Source: Planctomyces sp. SH-PL62
GTDB lineage: Bacteria; Planctomycetota; Planctomycetia; Planctomycetales; Planctomycetaceae
Direction of reading: 5' to 3'
Assembly (NCBI GenBank): GCA_945893075.1
Contig: CAMDDX010000001.1
Location: 13,132-77,131, forward strand
Length of the DNA stretch: 64,000 nucleotides
Shown in pieces: positions 1-8,130 of this stretch. The first letter of the stretch is position 1; each line of letters opens with the position of its first letter. The position numbers and the translations under genes were made by a program. The notes under the pieces were generated by a model, which was not told the origin of the DNA, did no database searches, and saw nothing but the letters and a program-made list of their open reading frames with translations.

Positions 1-1
1 C

Positions 2-778
2 GGGCTGGGATACAAGCTGATCGCGGCGAGTCGTAGCTCAGGCGGCTCGCCTGAGTCCGTGGCAACGGCAGAACAAAACGGGCAGGCGAGCCGCCTACCC
101 TACGACGTTGCCTGCGATGTCCTCGAACGCATGGCCGCCGCGCACATCAAGCTGTGCGATGGCCAGGGCGCGGAGATGTTCTGGCAGCAGAACCCAACGC
201 TCGACTTCACGCCGCTCGACGCGCTGCAAATCTACGCGCTCAAGACTTCGCCCGCTTTTGAGGCCGCGTTGTACGCCGGACTCCGCATGGCTGGATCGGT
301 TGAGAAGTACGAGCAACTCATTCCGCAATTCTGCCGGCACGTTGGCATCGGCTTCCAAATTCTCAACGACCTGAAAGACTGGCGCGGCGACAACGACAAC
401 AAGATGGTCGCCGGCCAAGACGCACTCGCACTGCGACCGACGCTGATCATGGCTCTGGCCTGGCAAGCCGCGAACGCCGAGCAACGGCAACTCATGCAAA
501 GCTGCTACTTCGATCGCGAGGAACAAGACGCGATCCGCCTCGCTCGCCTTCGCCGCTTGTACGAAGAACTCGGCGTGTTCGACAAAGCCGAACGACTTAT
601 CGAAAAGTCACGCGATCGAGCCGAACTCCTCGCCGACGACGTTGAATCGGACGACCTCCGGCAGCTTTTGTACTTCCTCGTGGACACCGTCCTCGCCGAC
701 GAACAAGACAAAGACCCGCGCGATTCGATGCCCAAGCCCTCGCCGATGCTCGTGTCGCTGCCGGTGACGACGGCGTGA
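2..778 (+). CDS. Polyprenyl (isoprenyl diphosphate) synthase family protein, 5'-truncated by window edge
   Basis: The frame is open from base 2, so the start lies outside the window. The translation has the layout of the C-terminal half of trans-isoprenyl diphosphate synthases (ALKTSPAFEAAL...GIGFQILNDLKDWRGD...GQDALALRPTLIMALA). The second Asp-rich motif reads NDLKD instead of DDxxD. Confidence 0.7.
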   Translation, partial: GLGYKLIAASRSSGGSPESVATAEQNGQASRLPYDVACDVLERMAAAHIKLCDGQGAEMFWQQNPTLDFTPLDALQIYALKTSPAFEAALYAGLRMAGSVEKYEQLIPQFCRHVGIGFQILNDLKDWRGDNDNKMVAGQDALALRPTLIMALAWQAANAEQRQLMQSCYFDREEQDAIRLARLRRLYEELGVFDKAERLIEKSRDRAELLADDVESDDLRQLLYFLVDTVLADEQDKDPRDSMPKPSPMLVSLPVTTA

Positions 779-803
779 GTCGCCGAGAGAGAAGGATGCT
801 TCC

Positions 804-1124
804 ATGAAGACTCGACTCGTCCGTGTCGGCAATTCGCAAGGCGTGCGCATTCCCAAGCCGCTGATTGAGCAAGCCGGCTTGCAGGGTGATCTCGAGATCG
901 AGGTCAAGAATCAGTCGGTCGTGATCCGGTCGGCCAAGAAACTCGGATTGAAGGGAACCACGCCGTCTGCCACTCGCCGCACACGTCAAAAGAAGAAAGG
1001 GAAGTCGGCCGGCAAGTCGTCGAAGAATTTCGTGGACATCTTGTTGTCATGTCCTGAAAAAGGCTGGTTCCAGCCGATGCCTCGTTCCGAGTCCACCGAC
1101 ACGATTAGATCGCCGTTCGAGTGA
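804..1124 (+). CDS. vapB: SpoVT/AbrB-type antitoxin (VapB-like)
   Basis: The N-terminus MKTRLVRVGNSQGVRIPKPLIEQAGL is the AbrB/MazE swapped-hairpin motif. Its stop overlaps the start of the downstream PIN gene (GTGA at 1121-1124). Confidence 0.75.
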   Translation: MKTRLVRVGNSQGVRIPKPLIEQAGLQGDLEIEVKNQSVVIRSAKKLGLKGTTPSATRRTRQKKKGKSAGKSSKNFVDILLSCPEKGWFQPMPRSESTDTIRSPFE

Positions 1125-1543
1125 AGTATCTCGTTGACACAAACATTCTGAGTGAAGCGATGAAGCCAGCCCCGCAAGTTCGCGTTGTCGAATGGTTGCA
1201 GGCACATCGGCTGGAGAGTGCCGTCTCGTCGGTCGTCCTCGGCGAATTAGAGTTGGGGATCCTTTCGCTTCCCGTTGGCCAGCGCCGTGCTCGACTCGAA
1301 CAATGGTTCCAGGAACTTCAGGCGGCGATTCCGGTGCTCTCGTTCGATGCCAAAGTCGCGTCGGAATGGGCCGAGATGATGGCCGGTTTGAAAGCGAAAG
1401 GGCTTTCGATGGCGGTCAAGGACAGCTTGATCGCCGCGACGGCTCGGACGCATCGCCTGACAGTCGTGACTCGCAACACGGCTGATTTCCGACACGCGGG
1501 TGTGCCGCTGCTGAATCCATTTGACGAGCCGGTTGCGGAGTGA
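1121..1543 (+). CDS. vapC: PIN-domain ribonuclease toxin VapC
   Basis: The protein begins MKYLVDTNILSE (conserved acidic residue) and contains SLIAATARTHRLTVVTRNTADF, a typical VapC layout. It is translationally coupled to the upstream antitoxin. Confidence 0.85.
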   Translation: MKYLVDTNILSEAMKPAPQVRVVEWLQAHRLESAVSSVVLGELELGILSLPVGQRRARLEQWFQELQAAIPVLSFDAKVASEWAEMMAGLKAKGLSMAVKDSLIAATARTHRLTVVTRNTADFRHAGVPLLNPFDEPVAE

Positions 1544-1715
1544 TGGCATCACTGACTGTGCGGCATTGCTCCGATTTCGGCCAGTTCCCATAATCCCGCC
1601 GCTTTGAATTCGCGTTTTCTCGTCGAGCGTTTTAACCGTCATGCACGGGCCGAACTCGCCGACGGATTTGATCTCGCATTGCTCATCTCTCACCGAGTTT
1701 GGAAGGAGCCGTTTC

Positions 1716-2648
<933 letters not shown>

Positions 2649-2654
2649 CGCCAC

Positions 2655-2780
2655 TTTGGAGTGCGGGGTGTTAGCCCCGCTTTCCTTTGCGGCGGAGCCG
2701 CTTTGCTTTTTCTTTCGCGTCGATGAAAAGAAAGCGGCTTCGCCGTAATCCAAAGCGGGGCTGACACCCCGCACTCCAAA
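2655..2780. repeat. 126-bp nested palindromic intergenic element
   Basis: The 29-nt outer arms (2655-2683 and 2752-2780) are complementary with one mismatch. A second imperfect inverted repeat lies inside them, and each outer arm contains its own GCGGGG...CCCCGC hairpin. The element sits between cysK and the next gene. Confidence 0.8.
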
Positions 2781-2795
2781 TGCGAGGCAACGACG

Positions 2796-4085
2796 ATGCG
2801 ACGACTCATTCTGGCCTTGTCTGTCGGCTGGCTTCTGTCCGTCACGGATTGCTTTGCCGATGACGCTGCTCCGCCGAAGTGGCTGCAATCCACCGCGTAT
2901 GTCATTCCGAAGTACACGGCGACCGAAGGCGAGGGCTACTTCGCGATCATCGAAGGGCTGAACCGCCGACTCTACATCGGCACGCACGCGAATGGAGTGA
3001 ACTCGTGGCTGGTTGAGTTTGATCCGGCCGCCAGCAAGATGAATGTCGTGGTCGATGCTCAGAAGGCGATCACCGTGCAAAGCTCCGGCTTTGCGACGCA
3101 AGCGAAAATTCATTCGCGGAACAACACCGGGGCGATCAGCGGGAAAATCTATTTCGCCACGAAGCAGGGATATCCGGCGGCTAACGAATCGCGGCTGGTG
3201 TATCCCGGCGGGCATCCGATGGCCTACGACCCTTCGACCGGCAAGACCGAGGTCTTTCCGATTCCCGTGCCGCATCAAGGGATCATCAGCGTCACGCCCG
3301 ATGAAGCCCGCGGCGTCGCGTATGTTTCGACCTGCTCGGACGAGCGGCCGATTGAGAGCACTCACTTTTTGGTGCTCGATCTGAAGACGCACAAGTACCG
3401 CGATCTGATGGACTGCCAGCACATGTATGCGTTCATCGTCGTCGATCATCTCGGCCGAGCCTATCACCCGATCCTGGGCGGAGACATCGCGCGGTACGAC
3501 CCCGCAACCGGCAAGCTGGATCGGCTGAAGCAAACCATCGACGGGCAACCGCCGACGAAGGAAAGTCATCTTGCTGATCCGGAGTCGCACGCGATCAATT
3601 GGGACGTCTCGCCCGATGGCAAGACGCTGTACTCGCTGCCGATGAGCACGAATCAACTCTATCGCTACGACCTCACGGCACCGGGTGACACGCTGGCCGG
3701 CAAGGCACTCGGCCCGTTGATCCCCGGTGCGACGAGTACCGATTGCCGAGGCATGTGTGTCGGCCCCAGCGGTGCGGTGTGGGCCTCGGTCACGCAAGCG
3801 ATCAACGGGATCAGTCAGCATCACTTGATTCGCTATCGTCCTGGAGATGCTGCTCCGCGCGACTTGGGACCGATTGCCGTGCGCAATCCGGACTTCACCA
3901 AGTTCAAAGACGCCAGCGGCAAAGACCTGCCGTTTCATGGTGGCTTCGGCAAACTCGCCGACGGAACCTTCACGACGAAGTTCGTGACGATGGGCGTTTG
4001 CGAGGCTCGTGACGGCAGCGTCTACACGCTGGTGCTGCATCCGTATTCGGTGTTGAAGTTGACGCCGGCAGACTTGCCGAAGTGA
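2796..4085 (+). CDS. Secreted hypothetical protein (beta-propeller-like repeats suspected)
   Basis: The N-terminus MRRLILALSVGWLLSVTDCFADD looks like a signal peptide. The ORF is 429 aa with GC-rich third codon positions. No family motif was recognised with confidence. Confidence 0.6.
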   Translation: MRRLILALSVGWLLSVTDCFADDAAPPKWLQSTAYVIPKYTATEGEGYFAIIEGLNRRLYIGTHANGVNSWLVEFDPAASKMNVVVDAQKAITVQSSGFATQAKIHSRNNTGAISGKIYFATKQGYPAANESRLVYPGGHPMAYDPSTGKTEVFPIPVPHQGIISVTPDEARGVAYVSTCSDERPIESTHFLVLDLKTHKYRDLMDCQHMYAFIVVDHLGRAYHPILGGDIARYDPATGKLDRLKQTIDGQPPTKESHLADPESHAINWDVSPDGKTLYSLPMSTNQLYRYDLTAPGDTLAGKALGPLIPGATSTDCRGMCVGPSGAVWASVTQAINGISQHHLIRYRPGDAAPRDLGPIAVRNPDFTKFKDASGKDLPFHGGFGKLADGTFTTKFVTMGVCEARDGSVYTLVLHPYSVLKLTPADLPK

Positions 4086-4102
4086 CGGGGTCGGGCGGAT
4101 TC

Positions 4103-4200
4103 GGGGTCGGGTCTACGATTTTTCGGAATTGGCCGACAGAGCGTTTTGAAATTGGTTAAACGTAGTCCGGCCAATTCCGAAAAATCGTAGACCCGACCCC
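4103..4200. repeat. Palindromic element, GGGGTC-terminus family (copy 1); likely bidirectional terminator
   Basis: A perfect 33-bp inverted repeat (4103-4135 and 4168-4200) lies between convergent genes. Its arm sequence GGGGTCGGGT..CGATTTTTCGGAATTGGC recurs at 7970-8069. Confidence 0.9.
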
Positions 4201-4205
4201 TGACC

Positions 4206-4685
4206 TCACTGCCGCTTCACCGCGGCTCCCGTGGCCGACGTCAGCGTCGCGAGATTCGCTTGAAACGCTTGATCGCCGTTGCCGCGCCAGGCGAGCATCT
4301 TTCTGTCGCGAGCGGTCACGACCCACAGTTCCAGTTCTCCGGCCATCCAGGGCCAGATCCGGTCCATGACCCAATTGAAGCCCAAAAAAAACATCCAATC
4401 GACCGCTCCGATTCCTTTCCGATTCTCCGCTTCAATCTGCACGATGAATTTCAGCTTGCAGCGTTCTGGTTTGCAGGGCACGAACGCGACGAACAACTGA
4501 GTCTTCAAGTCCGTCCCGACCACGCGCGAATCGCGGGCCGAGCCGACCAGTGCCGCCATCATTGCCACCGCAAAGGGCTTCGCCATCCAAGACAATTGCG
4601 AGCTAATCAACGCCGGCAGGATCAGCACGCCGAACACGATCCAGCGTATCGTCCAATTCGGCAGCGGTCCCAGCGGTCGGTCCAT
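4206..4685 (-). CDS. Hypothetical membrane protein
   Basis: The start is set at the internal Met (MDRPLGPLPNWTIRWIVFGVLILPALI...), 18 nt after the stop of the upstream gene. Two hydrophobic segments are present. The track ORF extends to 4784 and overlaps the upstream gene. Confidence 0.55.
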   Translation of the reverse strand: MDRPLGPLPNWTIRWIVFGVLILPALISSQLSWMAKPFAVAMMAALVGSARDSRVVGTDLKTQLFVAFVPCKPERCKLKFIVQIEAENRKGIGAVDWMFFLGFNWVMDRIWPWMAGELELWVVTARDRKMLAWRGNGDQAFQANLATLTSATGAAVKRQ

Positions 4686-4702
4686 GTTGAGGTGCTCTCG
4701 CG

Positions 4703-6262
4703 TCACGGCTTTCTTGGCGAGGTCGGCTTCGCCACCAGAATCAATCCCTGCAATACGAGGAACACCACTAGCGGAGCAATCCAAGCCAGACGCAAGACTC
4801 GCATCAGAGTGTCCCAGCCGGTGCTCACCGCCGCTGCGAGCAACGTGCGATGATCGGCGGCCTCGACGCCCAGATTCGCCAAGCGTTCGACGATCTTGCT
4901 GCGGCGGCGTTGATCGAGTTCCGAATTCGGTGGATCGCTCGAGGGTTCGAGATACACGGACTTCGGTTCGTCCTTCAACCGCTCGGCCATGTGTTCGAGC
5001 CGAGTCTCAGCCTTCGGAGTCAGCGCTGCGGCGTGCAATTCAAAATCGGACTCTTGCAACCACAAGCCGGCGGTTTCCGCATCGCGGACGGCTCGATCAC
5101 GCGACTCCAGCAGCGATCCCAGGCCGAGCAGCGCCAGCATCAGGACCAGCGTCAGCATCAGCATTCCACAGCCGATCGCCGTCATCTGCGTCTTGAACTG
5201 CTGCCGTTCGGACAAGATCTCGAAGTGCAAGTCGATGGTCCGTCGCCGCCGCAACGAACGCTTCGCAGCGTCGAGCACATCAAAGGCACGCACCGCATCC
5301 GACCAGGTCGGAGCGTGCGGTGTCTTGGAGGTCACGAACGCCGCGATCATCGCCACCGGCGCAGCGGCATCGGTGGGACGGTCCAAGGTGATTGGTCCGC
5401 GTTCGGTCTCGACGGTCAATCGCCACACGGGCACCGCGCCGCGTCGGGCGGTCCAGGTCGCGTCGGGCAAGTTGCTGCCCGCCAAAGTCAGCGTCGCTTG
5501 CGAGCAGCCTTGCTCCGTCAGGCCAGAACGTTGCGCGGTGACTTGGTCGTAGCGGCCTCCCAACCATTGCAGCAGGTCGATGTCGTCGAGAGCGGCAGCG
5601 TCGATCTCGGCATCCGTCAGCCCTGATGTAGTGGCGCACGACACACTTTGCGCACGAGCCGGGGTCAGGTGTTCTGATTTCTGTTTTGGCCGCGAGATGG
5701 CCGTCGATTTCATTTTCGAGTCAGTCTTCGAATCGGCGGTTGGCTCCTTTTGTGACGCCAAAACAGAAATCAGAACACCTGACCCCTCCGCTTTCGCTGA
5801 TGTCGCGGATGACGATGGAATTTCACGATCCACTTGGAGCCGCCGAATCGCTCCCAATTCGCCGGTCGCAAGCCGCTGCGAGAGGGAGACCAGTTCCGGC
5901 ACGAAACGCAACAAGAAGGCGGGCATCAGCTCAACGTGCGAATCATCTCGGACAAGCGACAACTCGTAGGCACACGCGGCTCCGAACGCGACGCGCGGCA
6001 CGATCAGCAGCGGCTTGCCTGCCGAGGCCAAGAGCTTGGCGGCCGCTTGCACTTCGTCGCTGTCTCCCGCGATGACGATCGCCTCGACGGCTGGGTCGAT
6101 CAGAAACTCCTCCCACGAGCACCGCGGGACCGACGACCATTCCGCATGCGATGCGAGCAGACGTTCCGCCAAGGCGGCTCGGACGACACGATGCCCCGCT
6201 GCGGGTATGGCTTCGAGCAGCGGAACCGCGGCGGCATCGTCTCCGACAAGTGCGAAATTCAT
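4703..6262 (-). CDS. Gfo/Idh/MocA-like oxidoreductase-fold protein with C-terminal transmembrane segments
   Basis: The N-terminus MNFALVGDD...AIVIAGDSDEVQAAAKLLASAGKPLLIVP resembles the Rossmann half of Gfo/Idh/MocA proteins. Hydrophobic stretches MTAIGCGMLMLTLVLMLALLGLG and WIAPLVVFLVLQGLILV occur near the C-terminus. The ORF contains an in-frame palindromic element. Confidence 0.55.
   Translation of the reverse strand: MNFALVGDDAAAVPLLEAIPAAGHRVVRAALAERLLASHAEWSSVPRCSWEEFLIDPAVEAIVIAGDSDEVQAAAKLLASAGKPLLIVPRVAFGAACAYELSLVRDDSHVELMPAFLLRFVPELVSLSQRLATGELGAIRRLQVDREIPSSSATSAKAEGSGVLISVLASQKEPTADSKTDSKMKSTAISRPKQKSEHLTPARAQSVSCATTSGLTDAEIDAAALDDIDLLQWLGGRYDQVTAQRSGLTEQGCSQATLTLAGSNLPDATWTARRGAVPVWRLTVETERGPITLDRPTDAAAPVAMIAAFVTSKTPHAPTWSDAVRAFDVLDAAKRSLRRRRTIDLHFEILSERQQFKTQMTAIGCGMLMLTLVLMLALLGLGSLLESRDRAVRDAETAGLWLQESDFELHAAALTPKAETRLEHMAERLKDEPKSVYLEPSSDPPNSELDQRRRSKIVERLANLGVEAADHRTLLAAAVSTGWDTLMRVLRLAWIAPLVVFLVLQGLILVAKPTSPRKP
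5661..5786. repeat. Palindromic element, GGGGTC-terminus family (copy 3), inserted in frame inside a CDS
   Basis: A perfect 30-bp inverted repeat (5661-5690 and 5757-5786) spans 126 bp in total, which is 42 codons. The host ORF reads through it as GSGVLISVLA...RPKQKSEHLTP. Confidence 0.85.
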
Positions 6263-6336
6263 GGTGGCGGAGAGTAGCCGGAGCGGGTGAAGGCGTCAGC
6301 CCTCGTGAGGATGCGATGATTTGTGGGCATTTAGCC

Positions 6337-6429
6337 GGAAATGGAAAATGAGAAATGAAGAATGGAAAATGCAAAATGTCTGCAATTTGATTTTGCATTT
6401 TCCATTTCTCATTTCTCATTTTCCATTCC
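6337..6429. repeat. A/T-rich long inverted repeat in a divergent promoter region
   Basis: Arms of about 40 nt (6337-6377 and 6390-6429) are built from GGAAAATG/GAGAAATG units and are complementary except for one indel and mismatch. The repeat lies between the minus-strand start at 6262 and the lepB start at 6490. Confidence 0.8.
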
Positions 6430-6489
6430 CGCCTTGAGTGCCGACTTCCTCTTTGGCCGAACGCAGACCGGCGGCTACAACTCCTGCCG

Positions 6490-7956
6490 ATGTCTGCCGC
6501 TGAAATCCAACCTGTGACTCCGACGCCTCACCGCGAAAGCGGCTTGCGGTATGTGATCGAGTCACTGGTCTCGCTGGCGTTGGCCGTGTGCTTGGTGCGA
6601 TCGTTCGTGGTGGAGGGATACATCATCTCGACCGGTTCGATGGCTCCGTTTCTGTTGGGGTATCACAAGCAAGTGGTTTGTCCCGACTGCCGGCTGCCGT
6701 TCGCGGTGGGTGTGCCCGTCGATTCCGAGGCGGAGACGAACGGTCCCGTCGCGTGTCCGAATTGCGGGCAGGTTCACATTGATCTCTCTTTCGTGCCGCG
6801 CAACGAAGGGGATCAATTGCTGGTTCAGAAATTCGCGTACCTGTTCCGCCGGCCGAAACGGTGGGAAGTGGTCGTCTTTCAGAATCCCAACCAGCCGACT
6901 CAAGCGTATGTGAAGCGCGTCATCGGCCTGCCGGATGAAGAAATCCAGGTCCGCGCAGGGGATGTCTGGATCAACGGCGAGTTGGCGCGGAAGAGCTTGG
7001 CCGAGCAGCGCAGCACGCGCATGGTTGTCTCTTCGTTGAAGTATCAGTCGCAAAACGGCGCTGAACTCCGTTGGCAGATGGGGAGCGGATGGAAGATCTC
7101 CAGCGATGGATTCGAATTCGATCCGGAGCGGGCCGTATGGATCGGTGATGCCGCGAGCCTAATCTCGGTGACGTATCGTGGTGCGACTCCAAATCATTCC
7201 AGTTCCTCGTCGGTGACGGAGGCGGCACAACTCTGGCCGACGGATGAGTATGCCTACAACGGGTTGAACGACTCGACGCAGCGGTATCGCGTGCGTGACT
7301 TGATGCTGGCGATGCAATTCGAACTGCACAGCGGGCGCGGCGAGATGGCGTGGGCGCTGAGCGATGGAGCACAGACTTTCGAGGTTTCGTTGGCGGCGGG
7401 TGAGCGAGAACTGCGGTTGTTTGTGGACGGTCTCGAAGAGCCGGAACTGCGAGTGAAGTTAAGCGGCTCGATGTGGCAGCGGAAACGGCTGGTCGAGATG
7501 TCGTTGTTTGACCGGCAGTTGCTGTTCGCGCTCGATGGTGAGGTGATTTATCAACGACCGCTCGAACCACTGGTGTTGCCGGCCAAGAATAGTGACGACG
7601 CGGCGAAGAACTCCACCCTGGAGGATGTCGGGCCGGTTCGATTCGGTGCGCAGAATCTGCATGTCTCGGTCAGCGACCTGACGCTGTATCGCGACGTGTA
7701 TTACACGCGCGGCGACGGGCGGCACGGCGTCAACGAGCCGTATCGACTCAGTTCGGACGAATACTTTTTTCTGGGAGATAACAGCCCGGTCTCGCTCGAC
7801 AGCCGCAGTTGGACGAACGCGGTCGTGCGCGATCACATGCTGATCGGCAAGCCGTTCCTGGTGCATCTGCCCTCTCGGCCGGGGCGGGTGAAACTCGGTT
7901 CGGCCGAGTGGCATATCCGCGTTCCCGACTGGGGACGCATCCGATACATTCGCTGA
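6490..7956 (+). CDS. lepB: Signal peptidase I (S26 family), copy 1, with Cys4 insertion
   Basis: Motifs seen: TGSMAPFLLG (Ser box), YVKRVIGLPDEEI (Lys box) and GDNSPVSLDSR. The pairs CPDC...CPNC lie between the catalytic boxes. Confidence 0.85.
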   Translation: MSAAEIQPVTPTPHRESGLRYVIESLVSLALAVCLVRSFVVEGYIISTGSMAPFLLGYHKQVVCPDCRLPFAVGVPVDSEAETNGPVACPNCGQVHIDLSFVPRNEGDQLLVQKFAYLFRRPKRWEVVVFQNPNQPTQAYVKRVIGLPDEEIQVRAGDVWINGELARKSLAEQRSTRMVVSSLKYQSQNGAELRWQMGSGWKISSDGFEFDPERAVWIGDAASLISVTYRGATPNHSSSSSVTEAAQLWPTDEYAYNGLNDSTQRYRVRDLMLAMQFELHSGRGEMAWALSDGAQTFEVSLAAGERELRLFVDGLEEPELRVKLSGSMWQRKRLVEMSLFDRQLLFALDGEVIYQRPLEPLVLPAKNSDDAAKNSTLEDVGPVRFGAQNLHVSVSDLTLYRDVYYTRGDGRHGVNEPYRLSSDEYFFLGDNSPVSLDSRSWTNAVVRDHMLIGKPFLVHLPSRPGRVKLGSAEWHIRVPDWGRIRYIR

Positions 7957-7969
7957 CGTTCGATATTCA

Positions 7970-8069
7970 GGGGTCGGGTGTTCGATTTTTCGGAATTGGC
8001 GGGAAGTAAGCTTGGATTGCAAGTGATGCTCACCTCCCGCCAATTCCGAAAAATCGAACACCCGACCCC
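7970..8069. repeat. Palindromic element, GGGGTC-terminus family (copy 2)
   Basis: A perfect 35-bp inverted repeat (7970-8004 and 8035-8069) lies between the two lepB paralogues. Confidence 0.9.
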
Positions 8070-8130
8070 GAATGCGAAGTCCTCACGCGAGCAACTTTAT
8101 TTCCTCTTCCTAAAGCCAGACTCTCCACGC

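Noticed and set aside
7978-8130. N-terminal extension of the second lepB ORF (track start 7978).
   Set aside because: The extension is the translation of the 7970-8069 palindromic element (MFDFSELAG...QFRKIEHPTP, mirrored on the other strand). ATG 8131 gives a normal SPase N-terminus.
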